Shown: positions 8,681 through 17,900 of the stretch, one piece after another
Layout of the letters: each line of letters begins with the position of its first letter
Position numbering within the stretch: the stretch's first letter is position 1
DNA from: a virus
Lineage: Duplodnaviria > Caudoviricetes
Strand: one strand, 5' to 3'
Length of the DNA: 64,000 bases
IMG/VR virus record: IMGVR_UViG_3300037258_000171
Coordinates: 927-64,926 of that record
Program-made: the position numbers and the translations under genes
The notes under the pieces: generated by a model
The model's database searches: none
Told to the model about the DNA's origin: nothing
What the model saw: only the letters and a program-made list of their open reading frames with translations

Positions 8681-9904
8681 GTGACCGTGCTGTCCCGCAT
8701 GGCAAAGCTCGGCATAGCCGCCGAGCCCTCGATGGCCGACTACCAGCCGCCGGCCTTCACGGTCATCTACACGCGCCCCGCCACCTACAAGCAGGTCATC
8801 GCCCCCCTGCGGGACACGGCACTGCGCGGCGAGGGCACCTGGCTGGAGGACGCCCAGCAGGGCCCCTGGCACACCGAGTGGCAGGTGCCGAGCGACGGCT
8901 ACCCGGACCTGGCGGGCTGGTACCTGCGGGCCATCATCGGTGCCGACACCTGCACGCCGGGCGTGACCACGGCGCTCACCGCGCCCGCAGCAGCCGGAGC
9001 GCAGTCGCTGACTCTCGCCGCAGCGCCTCCCGCAGGCTCGGTCCTGATGACCGGCACCGGGGACACGCTGGAGTACGCCCAGGCCGGGACGCCATCCGGG
9101 TCCGGCCCGTACCAGGTGCCGCTGTCCTCGCCGCTGCTCTGGCATCACCTGACGGCCGAGCCCGCGGTCTCGCAGGCCACGCACGTGTTCACGCAGGAGA
9201 TGTGCGCCGGCTTCCCGTCCTACTCCCTGACGATGGACGACGGCACCGGCACGCTCGGCTGGCCCGGCTGCGTCCTGTCCGCCCTGAAGGTCTCCGTCAG
9301 CCCGGCTGGCTACGTGAAGCTCCGGGCGTCCTGGTCCGGCTTCCCCGCCGCCCCGGCGAGCACCTTCACCTACGCCGCCTCGGCCATGCAGCCGATGGCC
9401 GGGTGGGACTGGGCCATCGAGCAGGCATCCGACGCGCTGCCCGTCTACTACCCGCGCGTAACCGGCCCGGTCGTCCGCCCGCTGACCTACGGCGACAGCA
9501 CGCACACCACATCGACGCGGGGCCAGCGGCTGGACCTGACGCTCTCACGGGACACCGCCGTGCAGAACTGCGTGAATGGCCAGAACGCGCCATACGTCAT
9601 CTCTACCGGGCCGATGAAGGCCGACGCGGACTACACGGCGATCTTCGAGGACCAGTCCGACATGGGCCTCTTCCTGGACTACGACCAGGACCCCGTGACC
9701 CACGTCATCTCCCAGCCGGTGCTGCTCGGCGGGTGCTCGCTGTCGGTGGAGCTGCCCCGCGCCGGGTGGCTGGAGGGCGAGGCCGATGACAGCGGAGACT
9801 ACCTCGCGGCCAGGTTCAGGCTGAGCGGCATCGCCAGTCCGTCGCCCGGGCCAGCCGTCGCGGCGACGCTCGTCAACTATGTCCAGTCCGCATACGGTCC
9901 GTAG
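8681..9904 (+). CDS. tail tube-like protein 1
   Basis: KLGIAAE...PLRDTALRG...ATHVFT...PSYSLT tube-protein pattern; visibly paralogous to 11132..12388. Confidence 0.7.
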   Translation: MTVLSRMAKLGIAAEPSMADYQPPAFTVIYTRPATYKQVIAPLRDTALRGEGTWLEDAQQGPWHTEWQVPSDGYPDLAGWYLRAIIGADTCTPGVTTALTAPAAAGAQSLTLAAAPPAGSVLMTGTGDTLEYAQAGTPSGSGPYQVPLSSPLLWHHLTAEPAVSQATHVFTQEMCAGFPSYSLTMDDGTGTLGWPGCVLSALKVSVSPAGYVKLRASWSGFPAAPASTFTYAASAMQPMAGWDWAIEQASDALPVYYPRVTGPVVRPLTYGDSTHTTSTRGQRLDLTLSRDTAVQNCVNGQNAPYVISTGPMKADADYTAIFEDQSDMGLFLDYDQDPVTHVISQPVLLGGCSLSVELPRAGWLEGEADDSGDYLAARFRLSGIASPSPGPAVAATLVNYVQSAYGP

Positions 9905-9907
9905 GCA

Positions 9908-10384
9908 CTAACTGGAATCAGTCGTGTTAGCGACTCGCTCGCCCCAGTGTGCGGCCCAGCCGTCACGATGACGGTAGGCGGAAGCCAGCAGGCGCATCGT
10001 CTTGCATGGCCACGGGCATCCCTGCCAGAACTCCGGGGCCAGCCACCTTTCATCCAGGCACGTCTCGCACCGGGTCACGCCGTCCCAGTACGGCGGACGG
10101 CCGTGGAGCTCAGCCGGGTGCTCGGCCAGCAGGGCCAGCTTGGCCTCGCAGCCCGCGACCACGCCGCGCGGATCGCAAGCCCTGACCAGGTCCAGCCCGG
10201 CGCGAACCTCCGGGTCTTCGAACCGCTCGAAGGTGCGCACGACGCTGGGCGCCGGCCAGATGTCCTCGCCCGCGCGGCTACTGCCGGGACCGGCGACGTA
10301 GCGCGCGGCAACACGCTCAGCAAGCGCCATGTCGTCCGCGATCTGCGTCCGCAGCCACGCGACCGCCTCGCCCTCCCCGCTCAT
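9908..10384 (-). CDS. DUF6221-like actinobacterial phage protein
   Basis: AWLRTQIADD...DPRGVVAGCEAKLALL...PCKTMRLLASAYRHRDGW; start placed at ATG 10384. Confidence 0.7.
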   Translation of the reverse strand: MSGEGEAVAWLRTQIADDMALAERVAARYVAGPGSSRAGEDIWPAPSVVRTFERFEDPEVRAGLDLVRACDPRGVVAGCEAKLALLAEHPAELHGRPPYWDGVTRCETCLDERWLAPEFWQGCPWPCKTMRLLASAYRHRDGWAAHWGERVANTTDSS

Positions 10385-10395
10385 GGCTCCGCGGC

Positions 10396-10728
10396 CTAGC
10401 GCCGGGCCAGCCGCGACCCGGCGCGGACGGCATGAGGCCACCGGTCCCGCTCCACCCACTGCGGCCGGTCATCGTCCAGGTGAGGCGCGCGGTAAATCCG
10501 CAGCGACGGCCTGCGCTGCCGCCTGCCGATCCAGTCGATGACGGCGACGGCCAGGACCAGCGGGGCGACCAGCAGGACCACCTTCACGGCCAGCATTGCC
10601 GCGCCGAGCGCCAGGACCCCGAGCGCCGCAGTCGCGAAGAACCCGAGCGAGACGCCGGCATGGCCTCTCCGGACGTAAGTCCGCACTTCTCTCATCTCCC
10701 CGTGCGCGAATTCCCGCGCGTCATTCAT
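10396..10728 (-). CDS. small membrane protein
   Basis: Long hydrophobic stretch of about 40 aa (1-2 TM). Confidence 0.55.
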   Translation of the reverse strand: MNDAREFAHGEMREVRTYVRRGHAGVSLGFFATAALGVLALGAAMLAVKVVLLVAPLVLAVAVIDWIGRRQRRPSLRIYRAPHLDDDRPQWVERDRWPHAVRAGSRLARR

Positions 10729-10756
10729 TGTCCCACGTCAGGAGCCCGGAGGCATC

Positions 10757-11128
10757 ATGCCTGAGTTCGTTTACGCCGGCCAGCTTCCCCGCTCCTACAC
10801 CGAGCTGCGGGACGAGACGGGCGAGATCGTCGGCACTGTCGAGCACGGCGCCAGGCGGGACCTGGCGGAGGCCCCCCCGGACGGCCTGTGGCTGGACGGG
10901 GACGCGAAGATCGCGCCCGCCTGGGAGGGCGTGAGCGCGGACATGTACCGGCTGCCTGAGAGCCGTGAGGGCGACGGCGAGCAGGACGAGGCCAGCGAGT
11001 CGCCAGCGCCGCCAGCCCCGCCGGCCGGGCGCGTGACCTCGGCGAGGGCGTCGCTTGCCGGGGCCGCCAGCGGCAGCCAGCCAGATACCAGCACCCCGGC
11101 CGGCGACGGTCAGAAGGACGAGGGCTGA
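10757..11128 (+). CDS. hypothetical tail-module protein
   Basis: GGAGG SD; directly precedes tube gene 2. Confidence 0.6.
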   Translation: MPEFVYAGQLPRSYTELRDETGEIVGTVEHGARRDLAEAPPDGLWLDGDAKIAPAWEGVSADMYRLPESREGDGEQDEASESPAPPAPPAGRVTSARASLAGAASGSQPDTSTPAGDGQKDEG

Positions 11129-11131
11129 TCC

Positions 11132-12388
11132 GTGTCCGTTTCGATCCCGAACGTGATCTACCCGGAGGCCGGGCGGGTCCTCAATGTCGCCCGCGAGTCC
11201 GGCGGGTTCGGCGTCCTGCCGACCACCGGGTACGTGTCCGTGCCGGTGACCTCGTTCGACCCGGTGCCGAAGGTCAACCCGATCCCGGACACCGCCGAGC
11301 GGGGTGCCTACGCCACGCCGTACGACTACCAGATGGGGGCAAGCTGGACAGAGCACACCATCGGGGAATCGCCGGTATACGGCGACACCATCGGGCTGTT
11401 CCTGATGGCCCTGTTCGGTGACCTGACCAGCACCGGCACTGCGGGCACGCCGACGAGCACGCTGAGCGCCGACGTCGCTGCGGGGGTGTCGGCGCTGCCG
11501 GTGGCCTCGGGCGGGGCGAGTTTCACCGCCGGGACCTTCATCCAGATCGGCACCACGACGACCGCGGAAACCGTGACGGTCGGGGCTGGCTCGACCAGCA
11601 CGAGCATCGTGACGGCGGCGCCGATCCGGTTCGCGCATGCGTCGGCCGTGGCCATTACGACCGTAGTCGCACCGTTTACGCACGTATTTTCCACCCTAAA
11701 CCCGGCATCTAGTACAGGGAACGTCTCCGGCCAGCCCGCCAGCCTCGCGCTGCAGGACCGCAACCAGGTCGCGGGCAGCTCGGGCTTCTATGCCGACGTG
11801 TTCCCGTACACGTGCCTTTCCGAGCTGGAGTTCTCGGGGAACCCGATGGGGTATCTCAGCTGGACCGGCAAGGGGATGTCGCAGCCGCAGATCGCAGCGA
11901 CCGGGGCGGTGGTGCCGTCGTTCGGCGGCGTCCGCGGCATGCCGGCGTGGCGGGGCACGTCCACCGTGGCATCCAGCGTGGTCAACGACATCGCCTCGTG
12001 GAAGATGACGTTCACCCGGCCGATGGAAGCGATCACGACCGTGGACGGCCAGCAGAGTTTGTACGTTTTTTCCAGGGGCCCGCTGGGTGGCACCTTCGAG
12101 ATCTCCTACAGTCCCGCGCTGGACGAGTCGGCCCTGAACTACCTGCTCGCGAATACTCAGCCGTCCCTTACGTGGACGACCGCGAACGGGCTGACTGGCG
12201 CCTCACAGGTGAGCTTCTCGATTAGCGCCCTTTTTGGCGCGGTGACTGAGGCGCCCCTTAAGGTCGTAAAGGGCCTTTATTCGTACGATTTGTCCGGGAC
12301 TCTGGTGGCCTCGCAATCGTCAGTGGGAAACTCCGGCGGCTGGGGCGTGGCGCAGGTGACCCTCATCAACGCGGTCGGAGCCTACTGA
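11132..12388 (+). CDS. major tail (tube) protein 2
   Basis: LNVARES...PIPDTAERG...FTHVFS...PASLALQD...YDLSGTL tube pattern; upstream of the chaperone and tape measure. Confidence 0.8.
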   Translation: MSVSIPNVIYPEAGRVLNVARESGGFGVLPTTGYVSVPVTSFDPVPKVNPIPDTAERGAYATPYDYQMGASWTEHTIGESPVYGDTIGLFLMALFGDLTSTGTAGTPTSTLSADVAAGVSALPVASGGASFTAGTFIQIGTTTTAETVTVGAGSTSTSIVTAAPIRFAHASAVAITTVVAPFTHVFSTLNPASSTGNVSGQPASLALQDRNQVAGSSGFYADVFPYTCLSELEFSGNPMGYLSWTGKGMSQPQIAATGAVVPSFGGVRGMPAWRGTSTVASSVVNDIASWKMTFTRPMEAITTVDGQQSLYVFSRGPLGGTFEISYSPALDESALNYLLANTQPSLTWTTANGLTGASQVSFSISALFGAVTEAPLKVVKGLYSYDLSGTLVASQSSVGNSGGWGVAQVTLINAVGAY

Positions 12389-12407
12389 AGCACGTGCAGC
12401 GCCCCGG

Positions 12408-13448
12408 TCAGAACAGCGCGTCCTGCGCCTCTGCGGGCACCGTCGGCCGCTGCCTTCTTGACTCAAGACGGAGTACCTGCGCCTGAAGTTCCTGGATCTT
12501 GGCCGTCAGGTCCGAGACCTTCCTGCGGTTGTCGCCCTGCTGGCGGGGTGTCGCCCACTGGACGTTCCCGGGCTCGTAGTTGCCGTCGTTGTCGATCCGG
12601 TCAAGAGACGTCCCCGGCGGCTTCGGGCCGACGTCGGCAACAAAGTTGTACAGACCCTCAGGCGATCCCTGCCAGCGCTCGCACACCGTGATGCCCCGGC
12701 CGCCGTAGTGGAGCCAGGAAGCGTTGCGCGGGTTAGTGGTGCGCTCGATCATGGCGTACCACGCCTTGTACACCGGGTCATCGCTCATCCCGTGAACCGT
12801 CCGCAGTTCCCGCCGCAGGCATCCACACGACCGAACCTGCGCAGTGCGCAGGTTGATAGCCTTGACGTCCTTCAGCGTGCCGCACGCACAGCGGCAATTC
12901 GCACGGTCGGTGGAGTACGCGACGTCCTCCAGGACCGTCAGGCGCTCGTAGACCTCGCCGGCTTTCATGTAGACGCGGCCTGCGGCTCCCATGCGACCCC
13001 TCCCGGCACCGCACGACTTGCTCGCCCCGTAGACGAGCGACGACACGGCCACGAGACGCTCTGTGCCGCACTTACAGCGACAGAGAATCCGGCCCCTGGT
13101 CGTCGCGGAAGCCTCTAACGTGGTCCACTCGCTGAAGGTGTCGCCGACGGCGATCCCTGCAGCACTTCTGCGGGGGGCTGCCTCCCCCGGGTCGCCGTCC
13201 TTGCGTTCTCGGGCCTTGTGCATGACGCACATCGCCCCGCGCGGGGGCTGCGGGCAGCCCTCCACGCTGCAGCGCTTCGGCTCGCGCGGAACCTGTGGAT
13301 GCTTCAGAGCCCGGAAGGCCCTGGTGCGCGCCCGGCGGCACTCGTCCGTCTTGCGGCAGATGCCGACCTTGTTGCTGCGGATAAGGCGCTCACCGCAGAC
13401 CGAGCAGTACCGGTCCGCTACGGGCAGCGCAAACATAAGATCGTTCAT
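12408..13448 (-). CDS. HNH homing-type endonuclease with tandem Cys-rich repeats
   Basis: CRCKCG/CRCACG repeats, SCGCLR, YKAWYAMIERT...YGGRGITVCERW, SLDRIDNDGNYEPGNVQWAT...N. Confidence 0.9.
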   Translation of the reverse strand: MNDLMFALPVADRYCSVCGERLIRSNKVGICRKTDECRRARTRAFRALKHPQVPREPKRCSVEGCPQPPRGAMCVMHKARERKDGDPGEAAPRRSAAGIAVGDTFSEWTTLEASATTRGRILCRCKCGTERLVAVSSLVYGASKSCGAGRGRMGAAGRVYMKAGEVYERLTVLEDVAYSTDRANCRCACGTLKDVKAINLRTAQVRSCGCLRRELRTVHGMSDDPVYKAWYAMIERTTNPRNASWLHYGGRGITVCERWQGSPEGLYNFVADVGPKPPGTSLDRIDNDGNYEPGNVQWATPRQQGDNRRKVSDLTAKIQELQAQVLRLESRRQRPTVPAEAQDALF

Positions 13449-13524
13449 GTCGCGTCCTACTCACGTTAGGTGCGGCAGCCCCGTCGTCTGCGACCGACCA
13501 AGTAGCAGCGGCGGGGCCTTTACG

Positions 13525-13540
13525 TAGAACAGTCTATCGA
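13525..13540. promoter_or_regulatory. possible LexA (SOS) box overlapping a - strand TAGACT -10 element upstream of the HNH gene
   Basis: TAGAAC-AGTC-TATCGA versus the actinobacterial consensus TCGAAC-N4-GTTCGA (3 mismatches). Confidence 0.25.
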
Positions 13541-13565
13541 ATCGGCGGCCTAAAGGCCGGGACTG

Positions 13566-13823
13566 TCACCACCAGTACCGCCACCACGGCCACTTTCCGG
13601 CAGGCGTCGCATCAGCCCGGGGCGCCGGGTCGCGCAGGGCCATGGCCAGGGCGATCACCCAGCCGATGACCGTCCAGCCCAGCAGCACGTTGACCACGAT
13701 GATCATTCCCTGGTCCGGGACGCCGCGCTCCCTGGCGACGAACGCCGGGATGAAGTAGAACACCGCGATCACGGCGCCGCCGATCAGCAGCGCGGCCCAG
13801 TCCGGTAAATGGCTCCCCGTCAT
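13566..13823 (-). CDS. superinfection immunity protein (T4 Imm family)
   Basis: YFIPAFVA...IIVVNVLLGWTVIGWVIALAMA signature. Confidence 0.9.
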   Translation of the reverse strand: MTGSHLPDWAALLIGGAVIAVFYFIPAFVARERGVPDQGMIIVVNVLLGWTVIGWVIALAMALRDPAPRADATPAGKWPWWRYWW

Positions 13824-13864
13824 GGACCGGAACCTACAGCCACGACTAGCACTACGGAGGCACT

Positions 13865-14386
13865 ATGAAGCTTGAAGGCCCGGATGGTTCGTGGCAGGTC
13901 GAGATGAGGGGCCCGTCCCAGCTGACAGGAGCCGACTTCCGGGCGCTCCAGGACATCGATGACCGGGTGAACGGCCTCGACAAGGGCCTGTGGTTCGGCG
14001 ACGACGGCGACGAGTGGGAGCTGTCCCCGGACGGCGTGTCGATGGTGAAACGCCCGGGGCGCCGGAAGGTGTCCCGCCAGATCCTCAATGAGGGCCGCGA
14101 CGTCATGCTGGCCCGCCTGATCAGCAGCTGGTCGTTCGACTCGCTGCCGATGCCCTACCAGCCCGGCTACCTGGACTCCGACGCGCTGCCGCTGGACGCG
14201 ATCGAGGCCATCGAGAAGGTCCGCTCCGACGTACTGGACCGCCTGCGGAACGGCGCCCCAAAAGAGATGCCGGAGACTACCGGGGACTCCTCGACTACCT
14301 CGAAGGACGACTCGACCGTCCCCCTGCCGGACTCAGCTACGACGACTGCCGTACCTGCATCTGGATCAGCCGCCACGGCCGCCTGA
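13865..14386 (+). CDS. tail assembly chaperone (gpG-like)
   Basis: GGAGG SD; LARLISSWSF motif; located between the tube and tape measure genes; contains a slippery site. Confidence 0.8.
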   Translation: MKLEGPDGSWQVEMRGPSQLTGADFRALQDIDDRVNGLDKGLWFGDDGDEWELSPDGVSMVKRPGRRKVSRQILNEGRDVMLARLISSWSFDSLPMPYQPGYLDSDALPLDAIEAIEKVRSDVLDRLRNGAPKEMPETTGDSSTTSKDDSTVPLPDSATTTAVPASGSAATAA

Positions 14387-14502
14387 CCCTCCCGGAGATC
14401 AATGGCGAGGGGATGCCGCTCAGCGTGTGGCTGTGGCTGGATGCCGTGGACTCCGTGCTCCGGGACATCGACCTGAAGAGGCGCGGACCGCTGGCGTTCT
14501 AG
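14257..14502 (+). other. programmed -1 frameshift (C CCA AAA at 14257-14263) giving the gpGT-like extension
   Basis: In-register X XXY YYZ heptamer; the -1 frame is open (RDAGDYRGLLDYLEGRLDR...GPLAF*) to TAG 14502. Confidence 0.8.
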
Positions 14503-14511
14503 GGGGTTCCG

Positions 14512-14940
14512 GTGGGGGGTCTCGCGGAGCTGGCTGCGGCACTGCGCCGCGCGGACCGGGAGCTTGAGACGCACGCCGCGATCGACTGCGCGCACGAGGC
14601 AGGGCAGGCGTACCTGGTGCAGCTCCGCCTGGAGACTCCCGTCCTGACCGGGGAACTGCGGGCGTCGGAGCGGGTGGACTCGGTCCGGGGCGGCGGCACG
14701 TCCGCGGTGGCGACGATCGGCGCGCACACGATCTACGCGGCGTTCCGGGAGACCGGCGGAACCATCACCAGCCACGGCTCGTGGCCGCTGCGCAACGCGG
14801 GCACGGGCCAGGTGTTCGGCCACTCGGTGACGCAGGCGGGGAGTCACTACTTCGAGCATGCGACCGCGCGGGCGGGGCCTGCCATCCAGGAAGCCTGCGA
14901 GAAGGTCATCACCAAGATCCTGCGAGACGCGGGCCTCTAG
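14512..14940 (+). CDS. HK97 gp10-like tail completion protein
   Basis: ETPVLTGELRAS...TIYAAFRETGG...HYFEHA motifs. Confidence 0.75.
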   Translation: MGGLAELAAALRRADRELETHAAIDCAHEAGQAYLVQLRLETPVLTGELRASERVDSVRGGGTSAVATIGAHTIYAAFRETGGTITSHGSWPLRNAGTGQVFGHSVTQAGSHYFEHATARAGPAIQEACEKVITKILRDAGL

Positions 14941-14960
14941 CCAGGCGGGGGTGATCCCCC

Positions 14961-17900
14961 GTGGCTGACGGCGAGTTCACCGAGGACGTAGAGATCCATG
15001 TCAGGCCCTCGGGCATGGCGGAGACGGCCGATGAGCTTGAGGCGCTTGACGAGAAGCTTCACGGCGTAGCGGCGGCCGGGGAAGAGGCCGGGGCCGGCAT
15101 TGCCGCTGGCATGGCTGAGGCTGCCGCAGCCGAGGAAGAAGCTGCGGCCGAGGCCGGGCACCTGCGGGACAACCTGGTCGAGGCCGGGGCTGCGGCTGAT
15201 GAGTCGTCGGCGTCCATGGCGGGGCTCGCTGCTGCCCAGGATGCCGCGAGTGCCGCGAGCAAGCGCCTGCGAGATGAGCAGGGCGCCCTGTCAGCCGGCA
15301 TGCGGAACCTCCGCCCGGGATCGCTTGAGGACACGCTCAGCAAGCTCCGCAGCGAGCTAGGCGGCGCCGGCCTGGGCGAGGCGTTCACGGCCCGGAAGAC
15401 CGGTCTGGGCAACTTCCGTGTCTCCCCGGAGGACATCCCCGGGGGGATGCCGGGCGCCGGGAATAAGCCCGGCTCCGGCAATGAGTTCGCGGAGCGGTTC
15501 AAGGCCCTTGAGCAGGAGATGGGCACCTACCGCTCGGCGGCCGAGAAGGCCGATGAGGAGAGCCGCCAGCTCGGGCAGGACATCCGCACTGCCGGGCTGA
15601 GCGGTGCCGGGGCATGGTCGGGTGCTCGCGGGGAGATCGAGCAGGCCGGCGAGGCCGTCCGCAAGGCCAACGCCGCGCTCGCCGAGGCTTCCCCGGTCAT
15701 CACCAAGGCGGGCGCGTCCCTGGATGCTGCCGCCTACCACGCGGACGGCGTGGCGCAGGCCACGGAACGCTGGCACAGCGCCCTGTCCGCGGTCGGGTCC
15801 GGCGGCGGGGTGCAGGACGCCATCTCTGCGTCCGAGGATCTTGACCACGCGTTCTCCGGCTTCCGGTCCGCCGGCGATGACGCCCTTGCCGACCTGACGG
15901 AGATCCGCAACGCCGCAGCGGAGGCCGGGCAGGGGCTGGGTGCCGCCGGGCAGGCAGCCGGCTCGCTGACCGGGATCTTCTCCGGGCTGGGCGACGCTAT
16001 GGGGACCGTTCAGCCGCTGATGATGCCGGCGGCGTGGGGTGCCCTCGGGTCGGCGATCGCCGGGGTCGTGCCCGCCGCCCTGTCACTCGGCGCCGGGTTC
16101 GGCTCGTTCGCCGCCCTCGCCGCGCCCGCGTTCATGCAGGTGAAGAACGGCTACTCGGAAATCTCGTATGCCCGCACCGCGTACCTCCAGGCCAAGGGCG
16201 TAGAGGCCCGTGACCCCACGAAGTCCAACCTGGAGGCCGAGCAGCGCGACCTCGCGGCGCTGAAGACCGCCTACGCCCAGGTCCCGGCCGATGTGCGGCC
16301 GGCGGTGAAGTCCATCCAGGATCTGAAGACGGCGTTCACCCAGGTCGGGAAGACCTCCGGCATTCAGGGCGATGCCCTCAAGGATCTTCCTAAGGCCATC
16401 AATGACATCAAGGGCCTTTTCCCCGCGATGTCGAAGCTGGGCCAGTCTGCCGCACCCGAGATTTCCAAGATGCTGAGCGGGTTCGGGAAGTTTGAGAAGA
16501 GCAAGGGCTTCACGTCCTTCATCTCCGATCTGTCGAAGGGCATAGGGCCGGCGCTTTCCTCCCTGAAGTCCGTTGGCAATGCCATCGGCGGCCTGCTGTC
16601 CGACCTGGCCAGCCCGAAGTTCGCCAAGACCGGCGACAGTTTCATCTCCTCCATAGGCGCGGCCCTGAAGGGCATCACGCCCGCCGCGATGTCCGCCGTG
16701 ACCGGCGGCCTGCACGCCATGACGGGCGCCCTCAACGAAATCGGGTCACACGGGAAAGACCTGACGTCCGCCGTCAATAACTTCAAGCAGCTGGAGAAGC
16801 TGAACTTCTCCAACCTGAAAAGCGGCGGCTCGGCGCTGAACACCCTCGTCGGCCCGTACCTGAAGCTGCTGAACAACCTCCCGAAGATCCCGCAGGGCGG
16901 CAAGGGCGGCACCAACCCGATCGTGGCGGGCATCGAGAACGCCGCCGCGCAATTCGGTCTCGGGCCTGACAGCCCGGTCATGAAGGTCATCAACGCGATC
17001 AACAAGACCCACCAGGCGCAGGTTAAGCAGAAGGTTCACGTAAAGACCCAGGTCACCCGTGACCCGATCCCGACGAACGTGCTGTTCCCCAAGGCCGGCC
17101 TGCCGACCCTGAACCTCAAGCAGAAGGCCAACGTCAAGCTGCAGGTTAAGGACGTCGGCTTTGACAAGCTGTTCGGCGGCCGGGACCTGAGCAAGGGCGT
17201 CGCGCTCCCGCCGACCACCATCAAGGTCAACAGCAGCGGCGCTACCCAGGCCAAGTCCCAGCTCAACCAGGTCAACGACGCGCAGAAGAAGGTCTCCAGC
17301 ACCAAGAGCAACGTCCAGGTCCACTTCACCGGCCTGGCCGCCGCCCGGGGGCAGCTGGACACCCTGCGGTCGAAGCTGACGCAGAACTGGCCGTCCCCGC
17401 ACATCAAGGTGAGCCTGACTGGCGCGCAGCAGGCGACCTCGCAGCTGAGCCAGCTCGGGACGGCCGCGAACCGGATGGCCTCCGCCGTCAACGCCGGGGC
17501 CACCCGGGCATCGTCGGCCGTGACCGGCATGGCCAGCCAGATGCGCGGCGCCATCGCGCCGCTGCCGGGCGAGTTCCGGGCCATCGGCACGGCAGCCGGG
17601 CAGGGCATGGCCGCTGGCATCGAAGCCGGGATCCCCGCTGCCGTAGCCGCAGCGCACTCGATGGCCGCCCAGGTCGAGGCCGCAGCGAAGGTGTCCCTCC
17701 AGACCCACTCGCCGTCGAAGAAGTTCCAGAAGATCGGCCACGACACGATCCTCGGGTTCATCCTCGGCCTGGAGGGCGGCAAGTCCGCGGTAGATGCCGC
17801 GATGAAGGCAGTCCTGGACGGCCCGTCTAAGAACAGCACCATCAGCAAGACCGTCGCGAAGCTCCAGGCTGACATCAACGACGCCTTCGCCCACCAGAAG

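Noticed and set aside
12408-13448. Group I intron or intein carrying the HNH gene
   Set aside because: The HNH lies between intact genes on the opposite strand, and no interrupted host gene or splice motifs were seen.
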